Of a DNA stretch of 64,000 bases, positions 1 through 12,858 are shown one piece after another; within the stretch, counting starts at the first letter, position 1, and each line of letters starts with the position of its first letter. The stretch lies in NCBI GenBank assembly GCA_008632985.1, contig QPGO01000187.1:62001-126000 (forward strand), given 5' to 3'. The translations under genes and the position numbers were made by a program. The notes under the pieces are model-generated. The model was not told the origin of the DNA, did no database searches, and worked only from the letters and a program-made list of their open reading frames with translations. The stretch is from Psammoneis japonica (taxonomy: Eukaryota).

Positions 1-3000
1 CCTGTTGGTGTGGTGGAAGATTATTTGAGAAGTCGTCATCGTACTCCTCTGGCCATACAGCAGATTCAGACGTCCACACAGCGCCCGGCGGGCTGAAGGC
101 ATCAGCATACAACGCAAGAGCTTCACCAGTTACAAGCGCAAGCTCTTCGTCCTTTCGAAATGAAGACGACCCAAGCAAACTGAACAACGCATCCAAACTA
201 AATCAAGCAAACATCAATGAGGATACAGACGCATAATTCATTGGAAGCACAGCTACGTGTACATAGCGCTCACCATTGAATTCTAGACGGGCCAAGTTCC
301 ATTGCTTCATCAAGCCCTGCAGTAGAAGTGACACAACCTGCGCCAGAGGTAGTTGCCGCGAGCACCATTCCGGTCGCTTCGGCCAGAGCAGATGCCCTAA
401 CGGGGTCTGTGCTGTCGCCATTTCCATACTTTCTAATTGCGCGATTAAGGTTCGTGAGCGCCGCAGCGCTACAATTGTAAAGCTGCTCGTTCAAGATGGG
501 TGCATCGAAACCTTCATAAGAGAGCGCGATGACGAGACTTTGAGCGCAGGCATTGCCAATAACTTCGTCAGAATTCAACGTCCCGAGACCAAGGCATGTC
601 ACAATGGTCTCCGCAAGGTTCCAACATGACTTGATTACTTCTCCTTTTGGTGCTGCTTCAGCGGTGTTGCTTTCTTGCGCAGCTTTCAAGCGAAATGCTC
701 GGACACAGCTTGCTCCCAGAAAAGCTGATCCGTGCACTTCCCCAACCATGAACAAATTACTTCGCATGTTTGTGAGTTTTCCAGAACACAGATCCATGGC
801 TCGCGTAATCTCGGAATTCATTACCCAGTCATAGAGACTGCAAGAATCGTCGTTTCCTCTTCCACCGCACCATAGCTCGTAGTCCTCATAAACGTGGCCA
901 CAAGCTTCGGCGAGGTACCTCCGTGCCTTGGATGAAAATGCTGAAACTGCAAGGCTCTCCATATTTCTCAAGCTAAGGGATGATTTGTTACTCACAATCA
1001 TTGATCGAGCAAACCTTGACGTTGACAAGCATCCAGCTAAACACACGGAGCCTTGGTCCAGCAAATCTATCGACTCGCGTCCTGTCCCTTCTCGGGCGGA
1101 TACAAAAAGCACTAATGTGTCGGCTAATGCTTGGAAATAAGTATCAACCGAATCATCTTCACCGCCATACAAGTCATTGTACAGACAAATGAGACCAAAA
1201 TTTAACGTTGCCGCCTTGCCCGCATGTGAGAAATCAAGGTATCGTGGTCTCCATGACGAAGTCGACACGCCGTTATCGGTAGCAGGCGTTTTTGATTCAA
1301 ACACAAGCGTGACAAGGTCACGAAAGTCTGGTAGAGAGGGAGATGCATTCCTTGGTGGAGTCTCGACTCTTGCGCTTCCTTCCGTGGACAGCCCTAGTCC
1401 TTGCATGGCAATACTCGAAGCTGTCACGTCAGGGTCACCGGTCAAAAAACACAAGAGATGACAGGCCCTCGGCAAATCCAAAGCTTTTAAAAGATCTGTC
1501 GCCCACCTAGCAGCAGCGACTCTTGAGGCCTTTGGTTGTGAAGTTTGTGCTGCAGTCCAGAGGAGGGGGAGCAAAGCATTCGAGAGGATTATTCTGTTGT
1601 TGCCGGTGTCGTTCGTAGAAGCTACAGTATCCTCTCCAATGGGATGAGAATCAGAGGTAGTCATGTCACTCCAAGGATTGGATGTGGCTTGCGCATCAAC
1701 ATCCATTGCATCCTCACTTTCTGACGTGGGGGCAGGTGTATCAGGTGATGACTGACCAAGAGAATTTCTGTTGTACACCCGACAGTAGGAGGCTAGAAGC
1801 GCATCTAGGGCAGCCACGGCTCTTGGTCTCAACGTTTCGACTTCATTGGATGTACATCCAAACAAAAGAGCGGCCGTTTCAATCGAAACAGCCATTGTAC
1901 CGGAAGTGGTGTACCCCGAATTGTTGGAGGGAGCGCCACAGGTAAACACACCACCTTGACGCGCCGTTGCATAGTTCGACCTGCAAACAGCACAGACAAT
2001 CCCAAAACACGAATCCCGAATGGCGATGGATCCCTCACTGCGGGAACCTGACGACGACGCCAGGACCGAACACGCAACCGACAGCGATTTCGATAGCAAG
2101 GCAGCCAAGTCGCTATCATTATCATCCTTGTTCCTGTCATAGCGAGAAGCAAGTCGTACCGTGGTCGAGTTTAACAGTTTCGCACATGCCACGTGCTGAC
2201 TGTTATTCACTCGTGAAATGGTACTCGAATGCCCCACGGTAATTAGGAAATGATTGGCAGCCGAAACAACAAGCAAAGCCACCGTCATGACAAGAGACTG
2301 ATGGTTGGATGGATGATGAAGAAAGAACTGCGGGTTATCATCCACGACACGTCCCGTGATGAAATTCGCAATGGCACAGGCACACGTATCCGATACCATG
2401 CGCCGTTTCATAGACATGACAATCATTGTATCTTGTGCCAAACCCGCCTGATCTGGCAAAGCTATTCCCAACGCTCGGATGGGTTCCGGACCTTGGCTGG
2501 CTTGAACAAGAACGCTCTCTGCGTTGGATTCTCCCAGCACTAATGATAGCAAGTGACAAGAGAAAAGCAATGGATGCGGTCCCAGTATTGTGGTAGCATT
2601 GGTGGATGTATCACGTTGACGCATGGAATCCACATGTGCCTTGAGATAGGCTTTAGCCTTTTCTGAAACATCAATGTTACCGTCTCCAGAAGCAACTACC
2701 AAGAGCGCCACGGTTCTTGGCGTGCCCAGAGAACCATCGTCGTCGTCGTTGGTATCCATGGACGAGTCAGCCATGTCACAATCTTGATCTCCCATGAATA
2801 GCGCCCACATTCGATTGGGCGTAATGTAGTCGAGAAGAGCCATCTTGACAGCGGCGAGACGAGTGGAGGATGACATTTCCGCTGCCCAGTTTGCAGCCGT
2901 TTCCGAAGCACCACCAACCAGTCGATCTCTTGCGGCTTGAGAAAGCCCCAATGGGGGCATGGTACTACTGTTGTTGTTGTTGTTGTTGGGTGTCGTGTAA

Positions 3001-3739
3001 TAGAGCAAAACGTCAAGGAACAAATCATAAATGGCACCACCAGCTTTTCGACGACAAGCCCGCCGAGTCTCCTTCATGCGAGACTCAAAATTCAAACATG
3101 GTTCTGACGTTACAGTCTTTTCAATGGCTCTCAAGAGCAAGTGACAGATTTGATGCGATTGAGCTTTTCGGGATGCCGTCGCCAGAGACGTTACACCCGA
3201 ATGTACTCCCACCAAAAAAATGAAACCCGGAATCAATTCATCCACGTCCTCACATCGGGGCAGTCCCAAGGTCAAAAAGGCCAATGCCAAATTCATAGTA
3301 AATGGATCCACTCTACTTTTCGGTGTCTTCCAATAACATGCATTGCTTTCCTCGTCTATACAAAACAGCAGCTTTAAGATTTCCAGACAGGTACTTTGCA
3401 ATTCCCGTCGGCTCGAACTCGTTTCATGGTATGGCTTAACATTTCCACCAGTTTGCCATGGATCTTTGTTAGAGTGTCACTTAACATGCGATAAAAGTCA
3501 GAGGTTTGATTATTTTCTTCTCTCTTGAGTTCCAGTTGAGCTTGATGATTGGAACCAATTCGTTGCAGTAGTCGAGGTAATAGCTTTTCCAGTACGCGTT
3601 CCAAGGATGGACCGGCGTCTGTCATGGCGAGACGATGCGACACTCGTCCTAGACTTTCCAAATCAGACATGGCTGTTCTGTGGCGCTCTTGGAGTGACGG
3701 AGGAGAGGAGGAGGAGGATGGATTGGTGGTGCTTGTCAT
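1..3739 (-). CDS. ECM29: Proteasome adapter/scaffold Ecm29-like HEAT-repeat protein (5' part; continues past the left edge)
   Basis: N-terminus LESLGRVSHRLAMTD..LEKLLPRLLQRIG..KLVEMLSHTMKRV resembles the Ecm29 N-terminus. ORFs 3374-3739 and 270-3401 join by a 1-nt frameshift near 3390. A GT-AG intron at 198-273 splices in frame to CLDALFSLLGSSSFRKDEELALVTGEALA. Confidence 0.8.
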
Positions 3740-4179
3740 TGTTGCTACAATATAACAGTTGTTTGTTGATAAAATGACAGTGTTGTTGTTGTCTGTTGCG
3801 AGCACAGCAAAAATCGGAATGCAACCGAACAACGAAGAAAACCAAATTTGTGTTTTTGACAGACAATCACACAGATTTATTGCGCAAAGTCACGCGCGAT
3901 GCAGGGATGACACCTTTTTTTCATGCTTTTGTGTGTCTCCTTTTTTCTGCCTGTTGCGACTGGGTGAATGTGCCGCCACGCCCTCAGACACCACACCCTT
4001 CAGCCTTGATGAAACATGTGCCTCTCTTCAGGGAGGTGTGATCCTTGTTGGCATCTTTCGCTGCTCTGAGATTTTGGGAGATGACAGCGCACCCTTTCCT
4101 TGGTGCCCTGGGATGTGAAGCAACTGGCTTGGGCCTTCCCCCTCCCCTCAATCTTTGTCCAACTCATGCTTTGACTGTT

Positions 4180-4490
4180 GGAGCTTTGCAGCTTGCCAAC
4201 CAGCATGTGTTTGGCTTCACTGTCTCCTGACTCATGGCGCGGCTCTCACCACCAGCACATTGACAGAGCTGTCGTCATGTCGCCGGTTGCCATTGCGGTG
4301 TCAACTTGGCTGCAGAAGCTGAAAAGTGAGCACAAGACCCTCAACTCAATCCAAGATGTGAGCACAAACTTGCCTTGCTGTCCACAATTGCCAGCGCATC
4401 TCACACCACAACTCCGCCTGCCTGCATGATGAAAACCACCTCTGACACCCCCCAGTGGTCATGTTCCAACATTGATCTCATGCACATCAA
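4180..4490. repeat. Diverged ~300-bp direct repeat; partner at ~11525-11800
   Basis: gagctttgcagct..tcatgtc..aaaagtgagca..tcaatccaag..cacaaacttgcc..tgtccacaat..gaaaac is colinear in both copies. Many mismatches are TG versus CA swaps. Confidence 0.65.
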
Positions 4491-5414
4491 GCATGGGAGG
4501 ATCATGACAGTTGAAAACTGTGCCACCCAAAACCACATCAATTTTTCTGTCAACTCCCATGGTGCATGTCATTTAACTCAACCAGCAACATCAGAGTGCA
4601 CGATGTCGTGACATCTGCACACATGACAAAAATGTGTTGCCACATTGTAAAATCTGCTCATCTGCACATGACGGTTTTTGTCATTTGGTTGATCATCAAT
4701 CTGCTGCTGTTCTTCATGTTTGAACACAGATGTTTTTTAATTTTCGTGCTCTGCCTTTTTCACAACAACCAACGATCTTTGACGACAAGCCAAACATTGC
4801 AGTTGCATGCAATGAAATTTTCATCATGTAAAGTGTGCACCAATTGTTTGATCAATGACTGTGCTCCAATTTGCCCAGTCGTCCGCATCGTCCTCTTCAT
4901 TCCACATGTCTTGTCCGCTCTCTTGCAAGAATTTCAAACGTGCCGCTGCCGCGTTGGATGTTTCCTCGTCACCGTTCCAAAAAAGCCACACTGCATTTCT
5001 TGCATTTGGGTGAACATCATCGAGAGGAAGAGGTCCCTCGAAACGCTGAATCGTGTCGCTGCTCCCCTCTTGACGTCGTGTCATTGGCTTCTTTTTGTCT
5101 TTCTTCATTTTGCCCACCCCATTTTTCTCTTCCTTCCTCGTCTTGGCGCTGCCTGTTTTCACCGTCTCTGGCATCTTTCCATCCGAATCCTTCTTTTTCA
5201 TCGATCCCGTCGCCGTCGCCGTTGCCTTCATCTCTTGTTGTTGTTGTTTTCTTTTCTGTTGTGTCACTTTGTTTTGGATCCATGTTTCTGACTTCTCTCT
5301 GTGCTGTCTCCATTTCCGAATGTTTCTTTGTGATTGTTTGCATGCATCACTTGAAGGCACCCACGTGTTTTTCACGCACCTTGACGCGCATGTAGAAATC
5401 CATGTTGTTTTCCA

Positions 5415-8400
5415 GTGCATGCACCCTTTCTCCTGATGCTGTTCCACACAACATTTTCTTCCATCAATTCTGCACTCCACATTGCCCTTTCCCAGCACAA
5501 TCTCACATGGGATTTCCCTGGGAGAAGTTGCATGCACGTCTGGCAGGTTTTTGTGTTTAAAACTCCAAATCGCACCAGGCACGCATGCAACTTCTCCCAC
5601 ACACCACTCTGGCACATTTCCACAGAAACCAGATTTTTTGGTGTTGGAACAGCAACCATGGCGCCGCGTGACCTGTCGGTTGCCTCTCTGTTGCAAGACA
5701 ACAATGATTCCCACCTCGAGGAGGCCGCATTTGAATCTCTCTTTCCCAACGGTTTTGGAGTGATCGACAGCAACGAGCGGAGCCGTGTCAAAGCGACAAT
5801 CGAGATGGTGAAATCCAAGGTTCAGTTTCACCACGATTCCACTTGTGATCCCTCTCCAAATTGGATCGCACTTGCCCATGTGTGGCAAAAGTCGAAGGGC
5901 AGACCTCATTTTTTGTAGAACCAATGGTTGTGAACCGCATTGTTGCAAAGGAACTTGGGCACAAGAGCTTGCTGCACTTTCTTTCCGCAAAAGGATGGAG
6001 TTGTTCCAGTCAAGGTGCCAAACATCCTCATGCGTTGGAGTGTCGCCGTGCTCCCAAAGTGGAGGACATGAAAGTCGTCGGCGACAAGGCAAAATCAACA
6101 GACATTGCAACCAACATGATGGCAAAGATTTCCATGTTGTGCAAGCTTCTCCATGATCCCGGATTGTGCGACCCAAAGGGAGAGCCACTTGTCAAGCACA
6201 TTGAGCTGAGAAGTTTTGAAGGGAAGGTTTTGCGTCATGTGCAATGCCTTCACATTGGTTTTTTGATTCTTTGTGACAAGATTCTGCCGTGCGCACCTGA
6301 AAGGAGTGGTGATTGCAGTCATTGGCTGCACTCCCTGTTCGGCGAATGTGACGAGACATCGACTTGCATCAACTTTTTGGAAAATTTCCTGGCTCTTGGT
6401 CACCATGAGACGACCAAAGACGAATGTCCCATGTCCTTCCCTGCATCCAAAGGCAATGCTGGAAACTGTGTCAGTTCGGTGCATGGGCATGCCAAGTTCC
6501 AATTGCGTGTGCATGGTCATTTTGCAAAACTTGATCTGTCACATGCTGCAGAAATGATGAGATGCCGTGGCCCTTGTTGTCCTCCATTGGGCAAGCTGAC
6601 CCACAGAAACATCAAAGATTTTTCCCTTGACCCTCACTCTGTGTGGGTGGAAGAGGAAATTGGCAAGCCAAATCTTCCGTCCGACACAGTTGAGTGTCCC
6701 ATTGTTGTCATGCCGAGGAAACGTCTTCCGTTTGCCATCGTGAAGGACTTTAATTTCTCGTGCGGTTGTTCGGCAATCATCAACAACCTCGATGAGGTTG
6801 GTGCATGCGATTGCTTTTGTCGCGCTGTTGTGGCTGGGCATCAAACCGGATTCTCCTGTTTTCACCACTTGTTGTGCAACACAGATGCTGTGAAGCGTCC
6901 TTTTGTGGCTGGCGATCATGTCCTTCATTGCTTCAGAGAAGCTGCGAGGCTGTTCGGCAGCATTGCGGGGGATCGCAACAACCGACGCATGCAGAGCCCG
7001 GGACTCAATTTTGAGGAGGTTGGCAGAGTGCGGGACGAAACTCAACGGTTTGATGGATTTGCTTGTTGGCGGACTGGTTGTCATCATCGACCGGATCAAC
7101 GACAATGTTGGCAAGCCATCGTTTGACCACAAGGCAATCGAGGACATGTTCAAAACTGTGGTCCAAACATGGGATCATGCAGGTGCTGATCATGGAGAGT
7201 TCAGATGCATGAACTCTGTGCAGACATTGATGCTGTGTGGCATGGGGATCCATCCTCACCCTGACCTTCATAATCTTGCTGTCTGGTGGCCAAGTTGGGA
7301 GCGGCAAAGCAAATGGAGGAAATGAAGGTCCCGGTGGAGGAGCGCGATTTACTCTTGGAACAGATGGAGGGTGATTTTGATTTGGAAGACTGTGGAAAGA
7401 ATGGCCCAGAGTCTTTGCCATGTGACCTGAGTGCAGCTCGTGAAAAGATGGGAATCTGCGATGTCTTTTGTTGCGGACAGCATCTGTTGCTCTTGTTCTC
7501 TGATGGGCAATCAATGATCAAGCGGTTTGGAAGGCATGAATGGGAGCCAGTCCCATTCGTGTCGATTGATGAAGTTCAAGCCAAACTGGAACGGCAAAGA
7601 GAGGTTGCTTTTTCATGGCAATCACATTTGTTTTTTGTCTGATTGTGCTGACATTGTCACATTGATTTCTTGTTCTAACAGGAAGAAGGCTGCCGGTGAT
7701 TTGTTGTCATTCGCAATGAACAAAAGTGACGATTGCGAGGAGGAGTCAATTGACGAGAAAACAAGCGAACTTCCAACCACTCACATGGGTGAAGAGGACA
7801 AAAGTGAAGAGCCCATTGACGATGAGCACGACCAAGTTGCACATTGCTCCGAGGGTGAAGAGGACCACAGCGACTTGGGAGATTGTTTCGCAAGTGACGA
7901 AACCAACGGGGAAACACACAATGTGCTGTGGTTGGGGATGACCCGTGCGCTCAATGCAAGGCAACTATCTTCTCAAGAATCATGCTCTGAGAACGGGGTG
8001 GCCTTAGTGTCGTCCGACCAACACAGGCAAGACGAGGCCCGCGCAATGGCATTTGAGGAATCTAACAAAACAATCACAAACGTCATTCCAACAGTTTCTC
8101 TCCAAGATGGCCATCCTGATCTGCACTTAAATTGCAATGTGAAAGCAAGAGATTTCGTCAAGAGAGCCAAGCAGCAGTTTGAGAAACTTGTTGATTTCGA
8201 CAATCATGGGTTTGACCAAATCATGTTGGGCTGCTGCTGGATGCCAGATGGAGAGTGGCGCGACATTCATTTTGGGACGACTCAATTTTTCCAAAATCTA
8301 ATTGATCTTTGGGCCTTGCTCTCCAAAAATGAAGAAGGGGGGGGGACACAGTGATTCCCTTTGCTCTTGCAACCTTCTTCCAGGTTGTCAAACAATGGAA

Positions 8401-8857
8401 GAAATTGTCGGCTGTGTTCGACATGCGCACAATGGACAATGATGCTGCAAAGAGCCGTGAGAGTGTGTTCTTTGCAAGCAACCTTACAACCCAAGAACAA
8501 CGAGAATGGTGGTTGGGAAAGCCTTCCGATCAGGAAGAAGCTTGTCTTGGAGTTTCCGAAGAAGACATCAGAACAAACGCAATGGAAGGTGCTCGTGATG
8601 CACTGACCAACACTTCCTTCTGTCCTGTGTGGCCCAAACAAATGGGGCCTTTTCTTGCGCTTCCACTGCTCCTGGACATTCTTCATAAACCAAAACATTG
8701 TCCCCAATTGCCTCGACAGGGACAACCCGCAACTTGGGTGAGTGCTGAGTCTTCTCAGGCATTGAAAGCCAGTTGTTTCGTTTGTGATCAAGCTGCCAGC
8801 GACCAACCAAGTCTGTGTGCTGATGCCATTGCCTCATGGTTCTCTGGTCAATGTTGA
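5415..8857 (+). pseudogene. Degenerate, frameshifted ORF series of unknown function inside the TIR element
   Basis: Consecutive protein-like segments (5861-7126, 6903-7325, 7286-7642, 7527-8354, 8351-8857) with essentially no Tyr and excess Cys/His. Confidence 0.4.
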
Positions 8858-9290
8858 CAGGGCCTTCATCAAGACTCACACTCGTCGTCCTTGTCTTGTG
8901 GATGAGAAGGGAAAAGAAGAACAACATGCAAAAAATGGCGGGAAAATGGCAAACATTACATTGTCTTCCAGATTTGGATGATTCTTGCAGGTGTGGCATG
9001 TCTGCATTTTGATTTTTTATCTGGCATTTACAATGAACATTGTTCTTTTTTATTTGCTGTCAAAACAAAGGACATTGTCTCCGTTGAAACGCAATGACAG
9101 CCATGTCAAAAAGCAAGTTGGACTGTTCATTGTCACACATGAACACATTTTCAAATTTCAATGTTGCTGACAACAATTCATGCAATGTCACAGAGAAAAA
9201 CAGAGTGGCTGGCTGTCTCAACACGACCCAGACGACGGTTGCACTGTTGAACAGCAACACTGCTCTCATTGTTGCCGTGTGAAGATCAAG

Positions 9291-10544
9291 ATGTCGTCTC
9301 CAGCACCACCGGCAAAGAAGAGAAAGAAAAATAAGACCATCAAGCCAATGAGCCCAAGACTTCAGGCAGTGTTGAAGAGAACAGGCACGCAGGCAGTGCA
9401 TGGTGCATTGAAATCAGAAGCAGGGAAGGTGGCTGGAAATGATCTCTTTCCACAGGTGAATTTTCTCAGTCCATCAGAATTGGCAAGCAATGGGAGCATC
9501 TCAATGTTTGTGAAGAAACAGATTGCTGGTGGCAACATGGACACTTCAAATTGGTCAGGAACTTGGGAGGAATGGGCAAAAAAGGCGGTAAAAAGGCAAA
9601 TCAACAATCGCAGAAACATGGTGTGTTCGGCCATTGGGGCGGAGGCAATGGCCCGTGAGTCAAGTGACCAATGTGTGTGACTCAAGAGTTGCGCGCATCT
9701 CACAAGAAGATGACGGTGATGCTTTGTCCATGTGGGCGTTGTCACCAAGGAAGAGGGAAAGGAAAAAGAAAAGAAACTCAAGGCGGCAGTCAGGAGGAAA
9801 AAGCAAAGCAGGAAAAAGTCAAGCCGTGACAAGAATGAAGAGAATGACATCCCGTTTGTGCTGACATGGGATCCGTTCAGCCTGGACACTGTCACCGGCG
9901 GCAAATGAAGGAACAAGCAGGCACGCAAGTGGTTCTGTGATCACATCCTACCTCAAACCAAGCAAAAGCAGGCATGGAGCAGCGCCATCAAAACTGGGAA
10001 TGCACAGGTCTCACAGTTGTTTACGGCAGGTGACGAAGCTTTGGCGCCATTGGCCATGGAGAATTGTTGGCAGGTGTGGGCACACAGGAACAAGGAGGAG
10101 GTGGTGGAAGAATTGGGTGAGGAAATGGAGCCCAAAGAAACAAGGCCTGCCCCTCGGCACATGAAGCCAAAGAAACAATGAGTGTCTTGGGGAGACGATG
10201 GAATCATTCCGTTCAACGATTTACACAAAGAGGTGACGAAAGACAGAGACTCCAAGGAGGGCAAGGAGTTTGAAAAGTGGCATGCGGAGATCAAGAAAAG
10301 CGAGTGCGAGAAGTCTGGAGAAGCAAAAAAGAAGAAGAAGACAGCACCGACCGGCGATGCGGAGAAGGTGAAGGCAATGAACAGCCCAATGGTGGAGAGC
10401 AGCAGGGACGACAATGGCAATGACGATGAGCAGGAGGAAGGTGCAAAAGGCAAAACAAACGACGGAGGAGACGAGTCTGATGAAGACGAGTCCAATGAAG
10501 ACGAGTCCAATGATGATTGTCAGCTTGGTTCAAGAGAGTTGTAG
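9291..10544 (+). pseudogene. Degenerate transposon-accessory-type ORF (basic N-terminus, acidic tail)
   Basis: MSSPAPPAKKRKK (NLS-like), INNRRN, GDEALAPLAMEN, SWGDDGIIPFNDL..V..DR, and a DE-rich tail. It resembles an ORF family I recall from diatom DNA transposons; the assignment is unverified. Confidence 0.45.
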
Positions 10545-10912
10545 CAAGAAAATGTGCACACAGTTGACACAGCACTCGGTCATTGCGCACTGCAGATGCA
10601 ACAAGGAATTGACTTGGCCGATGAAATGTTTTTCTCATTTAAAACAATGTTCACGAAAATTGACAAACCAAGGTTTGTGTGGCAATGCAATCACGCACAG
10701 GCATGTGGCAACAAGGTGGAGGCAGAAATGGTGATGTGGACACAGTGAAAAACAGCATGCACAATTCTTGACAAGTTGTTGCAACATTGGTGCACCAAAC
10801 TTGCAACCAGAGGTTGGTCTGTCATCACATGACAACAATGTTTTTGCAACATTTTAACAAATTGTCATCATGTGAATCTGCACATTTTTGACATTTCGTG
10901 CACTCTGATGAA

Positions 10913-11574
10913 ATGATTGCTGTCAGGACAATCTCTCCTTGTGTGTCCAAGTTTGCTGCACTTCCAGCACTCAACCATCTTCTTCTTGTTCTGCACAAAG
11001 CTCATGCCCTCAGGTTTCTTGTTGGTCCCACAAGTGCCCAACACCTGCAACAATGCTTCCTTGGCTGAACTGGGGCACACATGAACCCTCAATGTGAGCT
11101 GCCAATGCAAGTCTTTCAAGACACATGCCAACAATCCTTGGCACCCTCCATTGACATTGCCACACCAACAACTTGTTCCTCTCTTTGCTGTGGATGTCAT
11201 CAGCACCCTCCTTGCTGAGCCCATTTTCTTTCTTGGCAACCTCTTCTGGGACAATCCTGCCATGGAATGGACCCTTGACAGCAGCTTCTTCAATGAATGG
11301 CAAGGCTCTTCAGAGATCACTTCTTTGCCCTCATCCAGCCAGCTCATTTGCCTTGATCTGCTTGCATGAAGTGTGCCATTGGATTCCTGTTTACCTCCTG
11401 ATCCTCATCTGCAGATTCCTCTCAACTTCTCAGCCCTTGTTTTTGTGGATTCCTCTTGAAATCCCAGTTCTCAATGACGGTGCTCCTTTGAGCATTGTGC
11501 TGTGACTTTTTGGCTTCTGTGTCAGAGCTTTGCAGCTCACCAACTGGTGTGCTTTTGGTCTTGCCATCTCCCAT
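10913..11574 (-). pseudogene. Retroelement gag/ORF1-like remnant with CCHC zinc knuckle
   Basis: CWKCSKLGHTRRDCP (C-x2-C-x4-H-x4-C) immediately beside the right TIR of the 4589-10910 element. Confidence 0.55.
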
Positions 11575-12858
11575 CTTGTTGCACAGGTTGCAAAATACAT
11601 CAACTCATGTCACCAGTTGCTGTTGTTGTGTTTGCTGGGGGTGCAAAAGCCAAAAAGTGAGCAAAAGACCCAAAACTCTCAATCCAAGCTGCAAACACAA
11701 ACTTGCCACATTGTCCACAATCATCGGCATGTTTTGCACTGCAAATTTGTCTGTCCACATGTTGAAAACTGCTTTTGACCCCATGTTCTGACATTGGCTC
11801 ACTGAGTTTGTCACCTGTGCACCCCGGCAGCAAGCGCATGTCTCCACTGCAACACTTGGCACTCAGCGCCACCAGCTGCTGGCACCCAACTGGCATCCTC
11901 CATGCACTGCACCATCCTTGTGTTGGGCTTGGCCAGCCTCAGTTTCGCTCCTGCAAATGATGTCTCCACTCGAGGTGTTCAAGCAGCCAGGGCTGCAATG
12001 CTGTTGTGGGCTCATGATTTGAGTGCCAACATTGTCCCCAGCTGTTGGGCCAGTGGCATGGGCCCTCTTCAAGCAGAGCCTTGACAATGCAAAATTTTGC
12101 CACCCATGTGCCAGCAGGTGGAAATTCTGTCCTTCACCCTGACACCAACATTCTGCTGGCACTCACTGAACCCTCAACTGGCAACCTTCTCACCCCAGCC
12201 CTCTGTCTGGGCCTGCCCTCTGCCCCCAGCTTGTGCCAGCTTGCATGCAGCACAGTGCATGTGGGGGGCACTGGCGCAGCCATCAGCCATGCCGCGCCAG
12301 CCCTTGGGTTGTTGAAAAGCAAAGCTCCCCCATTCTTGCAGTGGAACAGGTTGCTGCACTTGTGCCCAGATCATGCACTGCACAAGAGGCCAAGCATTGG
12401 GGGGGGGAAGATGTCCCACCACCCATTGACAGCTCAACATTTCATTTCTCTGCACATCAAATGAGTGCCCTGGCAACCAGTGGCTGTCGCTGCTTCCACT
12501 CATTCTTCCAAAGAGCTTCAGCAGCAAGCCAAGTGGACAGCCAAAATGCTCCCACCTCTCCCACCCTCTGGCATGCCGTGCCAGCTTTGGGATTGGGAAA
12601 GGGACCAACTGTGCTGGCAAAGTCCTGTGATCCTCCCATCCCTGCAATCCCAGTCTGCTGCACCTGATTCAGATCACTGCAAGAGGCTCCTGAACAACGG
12701 CAAAGTGACGCTCTGCTGCAGGCCCAGTCGCTGATCGCGCAAGCGTCAACAACACCCGCTTCACACGAAAACTTGAAATCCACTTCTGGCATAGTCACTG
12801 CCGCACCGTGATTGATTAAAATTCATTCTCGAAACAGGAGAGCAACTCTGCGCTGTGG

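Larger units (their letters stand above)
4589..10910. mobile_element. ~6.3-kb degenerate TIR DNA transposon (CACTA/EnSpm/Plavaka-like termini)
   Basis: Perfect 15-bp TIR CATCAGAGTGCACGA (4589-4603 / 10896-10910), AA on both flanks (possible 2-bp TSD), repeated subterminal atctgcac and cacatgac motifs. The interior is TpA-depleted. Confidence 0.7.

Noticed and set aside
2968..2988. (GTT)n microsatellite
   Set aside because: Simply encodes a poly-Asn tract in ECM29.
4824..6188. 454-aa minus ORF and similar long Cys/His-rich ORFs (e.g. 45061-46203, 61072-62001) as real genes
   Set aside because: They are best explained by stop-codon depletion or as antisense shadows; no domains recognised.
4180..11800. 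The 4180-4490 / 11525-11800 repeats as an LTR pair
   Set aside because: The homology includes the ORF start, and no TG..CA ends, PPT or TSD were found. They are more likely two related element fragments.
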